Notes: a model not told the origin generated them from the sequence alone. A stretch of 41,808 nucleotides of DNA from a virus (IMGVR_UViG_3300036773_000080:1-41808); one strand, 5' to 3'; positions 1 to 7,582 are shown, numbered from the stretch's first letter. Numbers and translations: made by a program.

Positions 1-127
1 TGCGCCCCTATGAATGGTCGGTCAATGGCAAGACCGGCATCAAGGCATACCTACAGAGCATTTATGTGACCATCGAAGAGGATGCTCTCGAGCTCAAGTA
101 TGCGGAATTGGACGAGGCGCGGATGCC
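1..127. repeat. 127-bp terminal direct repeat, left copy (circular assembly overlap)
   Basis: 1-127 (tgcgcccctatgaatgg...gaggcgcggatgcc) is identical to 41682-41808. It lies inside a coding gene and its length equals a common assembler k-mer. Confidence 0.95.
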
Positions 128-134
128 ATCCTGA
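3..134 (+). CDS. 3' end of the single-stranded DNA-binding protein gene that starts at 41339
   Basis: Frame reads [43 protein letters not shown] with TGA at 132-134, continuous with 41339-41808 across the junction. Confidence 0.85.
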   Translation, partial: RPYEWSVNGKTGIKAYLQSIYVTIEEDALELKYAELDEARMPS

Positions 135-223
135 TGGGTGAAGTTCTCGCCATCGCTTTCGTAGTACTGATCAGCGTGGCATTCGGATACTTTCTGGGTG
201 CCACTCGAAACCGTAACGACTGA
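134..223 (+). CDS. 29-aa small membrane protein
   Basis: ATG 134 overlaps the SSB stop (TGATG). [29 protein letters not shown] has one hydrophobic helix. The track start at 14 lies inside the SSB gene. Confidence 0.65.
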   Translation: MGEVLAIAFVVLISVAFGYFLGATRNRND

Positions 224-231
224 TTTAGAGA

Positions 232-573
232 TTGGATACGATGAGCTTTACCACCTCCATTACCCAGAAGTATGTCCGTAAGCCGCTGTACGTGGAAGCG
301 GTCCAAGTGACCGAGGAGAATTTCCCCGACATCGCCAGATGGTGCTTTGGCGAACTAGGGAATCTCGATGAATCCCCGGTGGATCCCACGCAGTCTGTGA
401 ATCCCAAGACGCAGTACATCCACGTCCGGGTTCACAATCCAAAGAATCCCCGTCAGACGAGGGCTCTCGTCGGCGACTGGATTCTGTACACAGAACGAGG
501 TTACAAGGTCTACACCGACAAGGCGTTCAAGGCCAACTTCGATCTGGTGGAGGTTTCGGACATCGCAAGTTAG
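232..573 (+). CDS. hypothetical phage protein (start may be ATG 241)
   Basis: Fills the gap in the + strand operon; YVRKPLYVEAVQ...GDWILY...F pattern typical of small phage proteins. Confidence 0.75.
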   Translation: MDTMSFTTSITQKYVRKPLYVEAVQVTEENFPDIARWCFGELGNLDESPVDPTQSVNPKTQYIHVRVHNPKNPRQTRALVGDWILYTERGYKVYTDKAFKANFDLVEVSDIAS

Positions 574-583
574 GAGGTGATAT

Positions 584-739
584 ATGGAGGAGACAGACAA
601 GCCGAAGAACTCGATCGTCGACATCAAGAAGTACCTCGACGACGAGGCGTTCCCGATCACGGGAGCTGAGTTCAAGGTGTTCTGGGAGTCCTTGTCCAAA
701 GAGGAGAAGGACGAGTACAGGAACATCGATCTCTCGTAG
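584..739 (+). CDS. 51-aa hypothetical protein (absent from ORF track)
   Basis: Strong SD AGGAGGTGA at 572-580, ATG 584, TAG 737-739; MEETDKPKNSIVDIKKYLDDEAFPITGAEFKVFWESLSKEEKDEYRNIDLS. Confidence 0.8.
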   Translation: MEETDKPKNSIVDIKKYLDDEAFPITGAEFKVFWESLSKEEKDEYRNIDLS

Positions 740-743
740 CGTC

Positions 744-845
744 CTAGTTCTGGGTGGGGCTTCGTTCACTAAGCCTGCGACATCCACCGCAGATGGAGTG
801 CCGCCGTGTCTTCTGGGAGACAGTGTGCTGGCAGCCCAGATCTAG
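744..845 (+). ncRNA. putative multi-stem structured RNA / 5' leader of the rpf-like gene
   Basis: Closing stem CTAG-T-TCTGGG (744-754) / CCCAGA-T-CTAG (835-845), enclosing hairpins GGCTT/AAGCC, CATC/GATG and TGTCT/AGACA. Read by eye only. Confidence 0.4.
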
Positions 846-874
846 CTTCTGTTCCCTATCAAGGAGATGTGCTT

Positions 875-1222
875 GTGACAACCGCCGCAGCTTTGCTCGC
901 CATGATTCTTCCATCTTTCCATTGGGTGGCTCACGTCCCCAAGCCAAAACATGTCGACAAGCGAGTGCAGGTGGTGAGGCCGTACAATGCGAAACTCGAT
1001 CGAATGGCCTATTGCGAAAGCACCAGCCGTTGGTATCTAGATACTGGTAACGGTTTCTACGGGGGACTACAATTTACCCTTGGAACTTGGCGAAACGTTG
1101 GGGGAAGCGGCTACCCCAATCAGAACTCCGAGCTCGAGCAGAAGTATCGAGCGGTTCTTTGGCATAACCGTATCGGAACCTGGGTCACCTCAATGGGCTG
1201 GCCTCAGTGTGGTTATGCTTAG
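875..1222 (+). CDS. rpf: stand-alone resuscitation-promoting factor (Rpf)-family lytic transglycosylase
   Basis: LDRMAYCESTSRW..DTGNGFYGGLQFTLGTW..VGGSGYP...EQ...WPQCG matches the Rpf domain, with catalytic Glu (CES, Glu at 1016-1018) and both Cys. SD AAGGAG 861-866 favours GTG 875 over the track start 806. Hydrophobic N-terminus. Confidence 0.92.
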   Translation: MTTAAALLAMILPSFHWVAHVPKPKHVDKRVQVVRPYNAKLDRMAYCESTSRWYLDTGNGFYGGLQFTLGTWRNVGGSGYPNQNSELEQKYRAVLWHNRIGTWVTSMGWPQCGYA

Positions 1223-1373
1223 CTTCAATTCAAGCCAGGAGGTGACTATGTAGTAAAGTTTGCTTACTACGTTTGGGCTTGACGATGATGATATACGATA
1301 AATAATAATAGTATGATTGGGGGAGTCATGTGAGTTAAATTATTAAACCTGTTTATCGGTATGATGAAGAGCA

Positions 1374-1499
1374 ACTAAGTGGCCGCGACCTCCAGGTAAA
1401 GGGTGCGGGGTATCATTCGTGTCATTAAACATAGACGGTTCCACCTACCATGGAACAAGCGAATGATGGAGGATATTCACAACCGGCCTGCCACTTGGT
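1374..1499 (+). ncRNA. putative multibranch structured RNA in a 290-bp intergenic region
   Basis: Nested stems 1374-1383/1490-1499 (10 bp), 1411-1420/1459-1468 (10 bp), 1438-1443/1451-1456 and 1384-1391/1401-1407. G-U wobbles are consistent with + strand folding. Confidence 0.45.
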
Positions 1500-1515
1500 C
1501 TTGTAGGAGAAAATT

Positions 1516-1992
1516 ATGGAATACAACATCAAACGAGAGAGCAAAATGAACATCAACGATAGGCGCCGTTCTTCTGGTATGTCTGAAGTTCCACACGATG
1601 ACAGTGATTTAGCTCAAGCCGGAAGGCCTGACTGGATTGACGAGATGGGCCGTGTCGATGTGAATCGGACCACCAATGCCATGGTGTGGGCGGAGGAATT
1701 CGTCCATGTCATCTCGATGTCCCCACAAGCTAATCCTCACGACGTCAGTTTCATGGTCGGCTGGTTTGCTAATGCCATTGAGACGGGTCGTATGGCTGGT
1801 CGCGATAGCGAGATCCAGCGTGATTTCATGGACAAGCTTCATGAGATCATCTATCAGGCGGTTGGTGCGGCAACTGTGCCTATGATGCAAGATCATCCAG
1901 ATTACGTCTTCCCGTCGGAGCGCGTCAAAGAGGCAGTCGAGGGTTGTCTCGTCAAGCTGGGAATTCCGCCTCGTGAGGGTTATGGCGGATAA
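1516..1992 (+). CDS. hypothetical protein
   Basis: SD AGGAGA at 1506-1511; 158-aa ORF; no motif recognised. Confidence 0.75.
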   Translation: MEYNIKRESKMNINDRRRSSGMSEVPHDDSDLAQAGRPDWIDEMGRVDVNRTTNAMVWAEEFVHVISMSPQANPHDVSFMVGWFANAIETGRMAGRDSEIQRDFMDKLHEIIYQAVGAATVPMMQDHPDYVFPSERVKEAVEGCLVKLGIPPREGYGG

Positions 1993-2164
1993 ACTACGCA
2001 GATGCCCTAAATGCGGCGAAGAAGGAGGGCTGATCTATTGCCGTAAATGTCATGGGCCACGAAGACCGAGCTCTGCTCGAGTTGGCTCCACACCAGGAGA
2101 AGGCTTTAGCTTCGTTGAGGAACGGAAGAATTCTATGGGGTGGAGTGGGAGCGGGCAAGAGTAG
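1982..2164 (+). CDS. small zinc-ribbon ORF (CPKC-x8-CRKC) overlapping the helicase start
   Basis: ATG 1982 overlaps the upstream gene end; two CxxC pairs; its 3' part overlaps the helicase in another frame. Confidence 0.4.
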   Translation: MADKLRRCPKCGEEGGLIYCRKCHGPRRPSSARVGSTPGEGFSFVEERKNSMGWSGSGQE

Positions 2165-3239
2165 GGTCGCCGTGGCCTACTATATGCAGCACGAGGAACC
2201 GAAGAACGTCTTTGTCATCACAACAGCAAAGAAGCGTGACAGCCTTGATTGGGACAAGGAGTTTGCTGCGATTTCTATCTCTAAGTATGAGGACAGCACT
2301 ATCGGAGGCGTGCTCACTGTTGATTCCTGGAACAACATCGAAAAGTACGTTGGCCTTCGAAACTGTTTCTTTATCTTCGATGAGCAAAGACTGGTCGGGC
2401 ATGGCTCCTGGGTCAAATCCTTCCTCAAAATTGCCCGAAGTAATGATTGGATCCTACTTAGTGCCACTCCCGGGGACACGTGGCTGGATTACATACCAGT
2501 GTTTGTGGCTAATGGGTTCTACAAGAATCGAACGCAGTTCAAACTCGAGCACGTTGTGTACGCTCCATACACAAAATTTCCCCGTGTCGATCGGTACCTT
2601 GATGAGCAGAAATTGATGCGGCTGAGGAACCAGATTCTGGTTCACATGCCGTATGAGAAGCACACGGTCCGGCATCAGAAGATCATTCGAGTCGAGCACG
2701 ATGTGAAACTGATGGAGAAAGTCGTGAAAACGCGATGGAATCCATACGAGGAACGACCGATTCGGGACGTTACAGAGCTTCTGGCCGTGTTGCGGAAGGT
2801 GGCTAACACCGATACGTCCCGTCTAAGGGCCCTCAGAGAGCGTCTAAGCCATCACAATCGTCTGGTCGTGTTCTACAACTTCAATTACGAGTTGGAGGCT
2901 CTACGGGGCTTAAAAGACGATATGACTGTGGCGGAATGGAACGGCCACAAGCATGATGACGTCCCGGAGACGGACCGTTGGGTGTATCTGGTCCAGTATG
3001 CCGCTGGATCCGAGGGCTGGAATTGTACAGATACGGACGCGATGCTGTTCTATTCGCTCACCTATTCGTACAAGAACTGGGAGCAGGCTCACGGGCGCAT
3101 CGACAGGATGAATAGCCCATTTATGGATCTGTGGTACTACGTTCTGCGGTCAAATTCGGTCATCGACATGGCCATCTGGCGTAGTCTGAAGGCGAAGCAA
3201 TCGTTCCAGCCGAGGTCGTTTGACGAGCGAAAACTGTAA
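2052..3239 (+). CDS. superfamily 2 (SNF2/DEAD-like) DNA helicase
   Basis: Q-motif LAPHQ, Walker A GGVGAGKS, motif II FIFDEQ, motif III LSATPG, motif V SEGWN, motif [10 protein letters not shown]. Confidence 0.92.
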   Translation: MGHEDRALLELAPHQEKALASLRNGRILWGGVGAGKSRVAVAYYMQHEEPKNVFVITTAKKRDSLDWDKEFAAISISKYEDSTIGGVLTVDSWNNIEKYVGLRNCFFIFDEQRLVGHGSWVKSFLKIARSNDWILLSATPGDTWLDYIPVFVANGFYKNRTQFKLEHVVYAPYTKFPRVDRYLDEQKLMRLRNQILVHMPYEKHTVRHQKIIRVEHDVKLMEKVVKTRWNPYEERPIRDVTELLAVLRKVANTDTSRLRALRERLSHHNRLVVFYNFNYELEALRGLKDDMTVAEWNGHKHDDVPETDRWVYLVQYAAGSEGWNCTDTDAMLFYSLTYSYKNWEQAHGRIDRMNSPFMDLWYYVLRSNSVIDMAIWRSLKAKQSFQPRSFDERKL

Positions 3240-3472
3240 ATGGCCAAAAATCTTGGCAAACATCTTGGCAACTTTTCAAGAGTGTCGACGAGGGTATAAG
3301 CCCTGCAAAGGAGTGCATTATGGGTTTCAGGTGTGGTGGTTTTGGGCGAATTACGCTTGGTCAAATCTGGTCTAAAATTCTTTCCCTACGCGGGAGACTT
3401 AATAAGTAGTTATTAGGTGCGTTTTATGGGCTACTTCTCAAAGTAGTGTTTTTGGCCACTTTTTTGACCAAG
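3240..3472. repeat. non-coding region with iterated TG(G/A)(C/T)(C/A) boxes; candidate replication origin
   Basis: Boxes at 3241, 3254, 3266, 3358, 3368, 3453 and 3465, in three clusters with 10-13 bp spacing and A/T tracts between them. Confidence 0.45.
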
Positions 3473-3516
3473 GTCGCTGTTCGGTGCTGCCCAAGGCCAG
3501 TCTTCGGAGGTGAACA

Positions 3517-4014
3517 ATTAGCGAAAACTGGAAGTCAATAGTAGGTTTCAGGAACTACAGTGTGAGCGATCTGGGTCAGATACGGTCTGAAACATCTGAT
3601 CGTATCTTGGCCCTATCTCAAAACCAGTTCGAAGTAGTGCAGGTTGGGTTGGTGAGAGATCGCATCCAGTATCATCGCTCTGTGCCCTTACTCGTAGCCA
3701 AAGCATTCGTGCCTCAGAAGTTCGAGGCATACGAGACTCCGATCAATCTGGACGGAGACCGCTGGAACAACGCTGCTACAAATCTAGCATGGCGACCAAG
3801 ATGGTTTGCCATTCGCTACAACCAGCAGTTCAGGATTCCCTATGAGCATCACATCGAGCACGCTATCCAGGATCTCAAGACTGGGGAGATCACGGACAAC
3901 TCGCTCGAATGCGCCAAACGATACGGGTTACTCGAGTCAGATCTGGTTCTGTCAATCCTCAATCGCACCTATGTATGGCCTACTTATCAGCTGTTCGGTG
4001 TTGTCGAAGATTAG
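3517..4014 (+). CDS. NUMOD4 + degenerate HNH domain protein (probable ATT start)
   Basis: In-frame extension gives SENWKSIVGFRNYSVSDLGQIRS (NUMOD4-like). PINLDGDRWNNAATNLAW is HNH_3-like with His replaced by Asn. SD GGAGG 3506-3510, in-frame stop 3511-3513, ATT 3517. Confidence 0.75.
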   Translation: MSENWKSIVGFRNYSVSDLGQIRSETSDRILALSQNQFEVVQVGLVRDRIQYHRSVPLLVAKAFVPQKFEAYETPINLDGDRWNNAATNLAWRPRWFAIRYNQQFRIPYEHHIEHAIQDLKTGEITDNSLECAKRYGLLESDLVLSILNRTYVWPTYQLFGVVED

Positions 4015-4025
4015 TTATTACCCCG

Positions 4026-4047
4026 TCGCATAATCGCAGGATATAAT
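4026..4047 (+). promoter_or_regulatory. phage promoter-like motif, variant copy (TCGCA-N11-TATAAT)
   Basis: tcgcataatcgcaggatataat, upstream of the VRR-NUC / nuclease / RNAP operon; resembles the copies at 30711, 31138 and 33345. Confidence 0.55.
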
Positions 4048-4076
4048 GGAAAGGATGAGAATGCCTTTCCTTTTTT
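4048..4076 (+). terminator. intrinsic terminator-like hairpin
   Basis: GGAAAGG (4048-4054) / CCTTTCC (4064-4070) followed by T6. Confidence 0.65.
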
Positions 4077-4099
4077 CTTGCTTTATGAAGGGGACTCAA

Positions 4100-4417
4100 G
4101 TGACGGAAAACCAGTACCAATCAAGGCTTGTTCGTAGGCTGAGACGTATGTTCCCAGGTTGTGAAGTCTTGAAGAATGATCCCACGTACATTCAGGGATT
4201 TCCTGATCTGTTGATTCTCTTCAACGACAAGTGGGCAAGTCTCGAAGTCAAGGCTTCCGCGGATGCAGAAAGACAACCCAATCAGGCGCACTATGTTGGT
4301 AAACTGGGCAACATGTCCTTTGCGTCTTTCATCTATCCAGAGAATGAGGAGGAGGTTCTGATTGCGCTTCAACAAGCATTTGAATCTCCAGGGCGAACAT
4401 GCATTCCTCAGTCCTAG
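4100..4417 (+). CDS. VRR-NUC (PD-(D/E)xK) nuclease, possible Holliday junction resolvase
   Basis: E..YQ..L, GFPDLLIL, LEVK and PNQ motifs. GTG 4100 follows AAGGGGA; the track start at 4046 runs through the terminator. Confidence 0.85.
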   Translation: MTENQYQSRLVRRLRRMFPGCEVLKNDPTYIQGFPDLLILFNDKWASLEVKASADAERQPNQAHYVGKLGNMSFASFIYPENEEEVLIALQQAFESPGRTCIPQS

Positions 4418-4919
4418 CTCCTATCACTGGATCAATTACACACCGAATCGTTTAGCTGAACGATGGACTACTGCCCGTGCAGCTGCCTTCGGTGTAGCTA
4501 ATCACCTATACGCTCAAGAGGAGATAAACGCAGGTCGCCTGTCCGATCATCGTGGTACATTGGGAATGTACATCAACGATTCAATCAGACATAGGATGAC
4601 AACTGAGCAGATTCTGTTCTATTCAGAAAACTGCTTTGGCACGGCTGATGCAATTGCCTTTCGATACAAGACGCTTCGGATCTTCGATCTAAAGACTGGT
4701 GTCGTCAAAGGCTCGGTTCATCAGCTTGAGGTCTATGCTGCCATCTTCTGTCTTGAGTACAACATAAGCCCTTATGACATCAAGATCGAACTTCGCATCT
4801 ATCAAGATGAGGAAGTCGCGGTCTTCGATGCGGATCCGGATGACATCATGTTCATTATGGAGAAAATTCAAGATTTCGATAGCCAGATTAATCACCTAAG
4901 GCTTGAGGAGGAGTCGTGA
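4362..4919 (+). CDS. Cas4-like / PD-(D/E)xK exonuclease
   Basis: HAFLSPS, FGTADAI, IFDLKTG and QLEVYA motifs; SD GGAGG before TTG 4362. Confidence 0.8.
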   Translation: MRFNKHLNLQGEHAFLSPSSYHWINYTPNRLAERWTTARAAAFGVANHLYAQEEINAGRLSDHRGTLGMYINDSIRHRMTTEQILFYSENCFGTADAIAFRYKTLRIFDLKTGVVKGSVHQLEVYAAIFCLEYNISPYDIKIELRIYQDEEVAVFDADPDDIMFIMEKIQDFDSQINHLRLEEES

Positions 4920-7582
4920 TCATAGACGATACAGATCATCTTGCGCATTACGGCATCCTTCGTAGGTCGGGCCGTTATCCGTGGGGATCTGGCAATTCAC
5001 AAAGTGCTCGCAACCGCAGCTTTCTCGACGCCATTGACTCTGCGAAAAAACAAGGTCTATCCGAAACTGAGATTGCTCGTGGTTACGGAATCACCACCAC
5101 TCAACTTCGTGCGGCCAAGACGATTGCCCGTACAGAGCAGAAGCAAGCGCAAATTGGCCAGGCTCAACGCCTCAAGGACAAGGGGTATTCGAATGTTGCG
5201 ATTGGCCAGCGTATGGGTCTTAACGAATCTTCTGTTCGTGCTCTACTTGCTCCTGGCGCGCAAGATCGTCTGGATGTTCTACAGGCGACTGCGGACATGC
5301 TTAAGAGTCAAGTGGAGAAGAAACCCTATCTTGACATTGGAAAGGGAGTTGAGAGCTCGCTTCCTCTTAGTTCCAATCCCAACGCCAAGATCGGAATCGC
5401 CAAGAACAAGTTCGACACGGCCGTCGCCATGCTGCAAGAGCAAGGCTACAAAGTGCACTACGTCAAAGTCCAGCAGCTCGGTACGGGTCAGCAGACTACG
5501 ATCAAGGTGCTAACCAAGCCTGACGTTCCGTATTCCGAGGTCTATCGCAATCGTAGCGAAATCAAGCAGATCACTGATTTCAGCGAAGATCACGGTCGAA
5601 CCTATCTTGGCATCAAGCCTCCTGTGTCGATCAATTCCAAGCGCATCGCCGTCAACTATGCAGAAGATGGTGGTGCAGACGCAGATGGTGTGATCCACGT
5701 TCGTCGTGGCGTGAAAGATCTGTCTCTTGGCGCATCCAACTATGCTCAAGTTCGTATTGCCGTGGACAACACGCATTACCTCAAGGGCATGGCAATGTAC
5801 AGAGATGATCTGCCAGAAGGTAAGGATCTGGTGTTCAACACCAACAAATCCAATACCGGAAAGCTCAAGGATGCATTGAAGGAATTGAAGGATGATCCCG
5901 ACAATCCCTTTGGCGCGTCAATCTCACGTCAGAACGATTCTCGTATCATGAACATCGTCAACGAAGAAGGTGATTGGGGCAACTGGTCAAAGTCACTTTC
6001 TCGTCAGATGTTGTCCAAGCAGGATCCTAAGTTGGCCAAACAACAATTGCAGATGACTTTGGAACGTAAGCAACAGGATCTCAATGAGATCATGAAACTT
6101 ACGAATCCGGTGGTAAAGAAGAAACTGCTCGAAACGTTCGCTGATTCAGCCGACTCTTCGGCAGTTCATCTTAAAGCTGCCGCTTTGCCGAGACAGGCAT
6201 CTCGAGTCATTCTGCCAATTTCGTCCATGAAGCCAAATGAGATCTATGCTCCTGGTTTTCGTGATGGTGAACGAGTTGCGCTTGTTCGCTATCCGCATGG
6301 TGGAACATTCGAGATTCCAGAGTTGACGGTCAACAACAAGAGTCCTGAAGCCAGAAGTACGATTGGCAATACGCTGAAGACCGATGCTGTCGGTATTCAT
6401 CACTCTGTTGCACAACGTCTATCTGGTGCCGACTTCGATGGTGACACCGTTCTGGTCATTCCCAATGATCGCGGAACAGTCAAGACATCACCGCCGTTGG
6501 AAGGTTTGAAGGGCTTCGATCCCATGACGTACAAGATTCCAGATGGATCGCCGATCCCGAAGATCTCACCAAGTCGTAAACAGCAAGAGATGGGTAATGT
6601 AACCAATCTCATCACTGACATGACGATTCACGGTGCAGGTTCAGAAGAACTTGCTCGTGCGGTGCGACATTCGATGGTGGTCATCGATTCAGAGAAGCAT
6701 GGTCTCGATTACAAGAGATCGGCTGCTGACAATGGAATCACTCAACTGAAGTCAAAGTATCAGAATGCCAGTAAGAAACAAGGCGCTTCTACTTTGATCA
6801 GTCGAGCAACGGCTGACATTCGTGTTCCTGAACGTAAGCCAAGGTCTGCTGCCAAAGGCGGGCCTATCGATCCGGCTACAGGAGAGAAAGTATTCGAGCC
6901 GACAGGCAGAACGTACGTGAATCAAAAGGGCGAAACGGTTCATGTTACGCAAAGATCTCAGCGTCTTGCTGAGACCAAGGATGCTTCGACTCTTTCATCA
7001 GGAACGCCTATCGAATCCGTTTATGTGAATCATTCCAACAAACTAAAGGGCATGGCGAACACGGCACGCAAAGAAGTTGTGTCAACGCCGACGTTCAAAG
7101 TTTCGCCTTCAGCGAAGACCGCCTATGCAGAACAAGTGTCATCGTTGGATTCGAAGCTAAATATAGCCCTCAAGAACGCCCCCCTTGAAAGACAAGCCCA
7201 GGTCATTGCCAATACGGTTGTCACACAGAAGCGTCAGGCCAACCCCGACATGGATCCTGACAACCTGAAGAAGATCAAGTCACAAGCGCTTGCTGAAGCA
7301 AGAGTGAGAACTGGTGCTCGTAAGCAGCAGATCGAACTCACACAGGCTGAATGGGATGCCATTCAGGCACACGCTATAAGCAACCATAAGCTGACACAGA
7401 TCATCAACAACAGTGACCTCGATCGCATCAAGGAGTTGGCAACACCAAGAACAGAAGAGAAGATGACTTCATCAAAGCGTCTTCGTGCACAGTCAATGCT
7501 TGCGTCTGGCTACACACAAGCAGAGATTGCTGATGCACTTGGTGTGTCACTGACAACACTGAAGGCAAGCATCGATGAGTGA
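4916..7582 (+). CDS. putative single-subunit two-barrel (YonO/RdRP-like) RNA polymerase with three HTH motifs
   Basis: GADFDGD at aa 504-510 (nt 6425-6445), VALVRYP (R458), DG257...QVR278-280...KG290, MGNVTN and HSMVVIDSEKHG (585-596). HTH motifs at aa ~47-65, ~90-111 and ~865-883. Confidence 0.85.
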   Translation: MIIDDTDHLAHYGILRRSGRYPWGSGNSQSARNRSFLDAIDSAKKQGLSETEIARGYGITTTQLRAAKTIARTEQKQAQIGQAQRLKDKGYSNVAIGQRMGLNESSVRALLAPGAQDRLDVLQATADMLKSQVEKKPYLDIGKGVESSLPLSSNPNAKIGIAKNKFDTAVAMLQEQGYKVHYVKVQQLGTGQQTTIKVLTKPDVPYSEVYRNRSEIKQITDFSEDHGRTYLGIKPPVSINSKRIAVNYAEDGGADADGVIHVRRGVKDLSLGASNYAQVRIAVDNTHYLKGMAMYRDDLPEGKDLVFNTNKSNTGKLKDALKELKDDPDNPFGASISRQNDSRIMNIVNEEGDWGNWSKSLSRQMLSKQDPKLAKQQLQMTLERKQQDLNEIMKLTNPVVKKKLLETFADSADSSAVHLKAAALPRQASRVILPISSMKPNEIYAPGFRDGERVALVRYPHGGTFEIPELTVNNKSPEARSTIGNTLKTDAVGIHHSVAQRLSGADFDGDTVLVIPNDRGTVKTSPPLEGLKGFDPMTYKIPDGSPIPKISPSRKQQEMGNVTNLITDMTIHGAGSEELARAVRHSMVVIDSEKHGLDYKRSAADNGITQLKSKYQNASKKQGASTLISRATADIRVPERKPRSAAKGGPIDPATGEKVFEPTGRTYVNQKGETVHVTQRSQRLAETKDASTLSSGTPIESVYVNHSNKLKGMANTARKEVVSTPTFKVSPSAKTAYAEQVSSLDSKLNIALKNAPLERQAQVIANTVVTQKRQANPDMDPDNLKKIKSQALAEARVRTGARKQQIELTQAEWDAIQAHAISNHKLTQIINNSDLDRIKELATPRTEEKMTSSKRLRAQSMLASGYTQAEIADALGVSLTTLKASIDE

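Noticed and set aside
1-127. Biological terminal repeat or attachment site
   Set aside because: Its length equals a standard k-mer, it lies mid-gene, and a better terminus candidate exists at ~7935.
744-845. tRNA gene or c-di-AMP (ydaO) riboswitch
   Set aside because: No GTTC T-loop, no CCA end or proper arm lengths, and no recognisable ydaO consensus. Kept only as an unclassified structure.
1279-1317. Sigma70 promoter TTGACG with an AT-rich -10
   Set aside because: No good -10 hexamer at 16-18 bp spacing; too ambiguous to call.
1481-1499. Cobalamin riboswitch (CCTGCC resembles the end of the B12 box)
   Set aside because: The other conserved elements were not found, and six bases are insufficient.
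4362-4919. CRISPR-Cas system based on the Cas4-like nuclease
   Set aside because: No repeat-spacer array or other cas genes; such nucleases are common phage recombination proteins.
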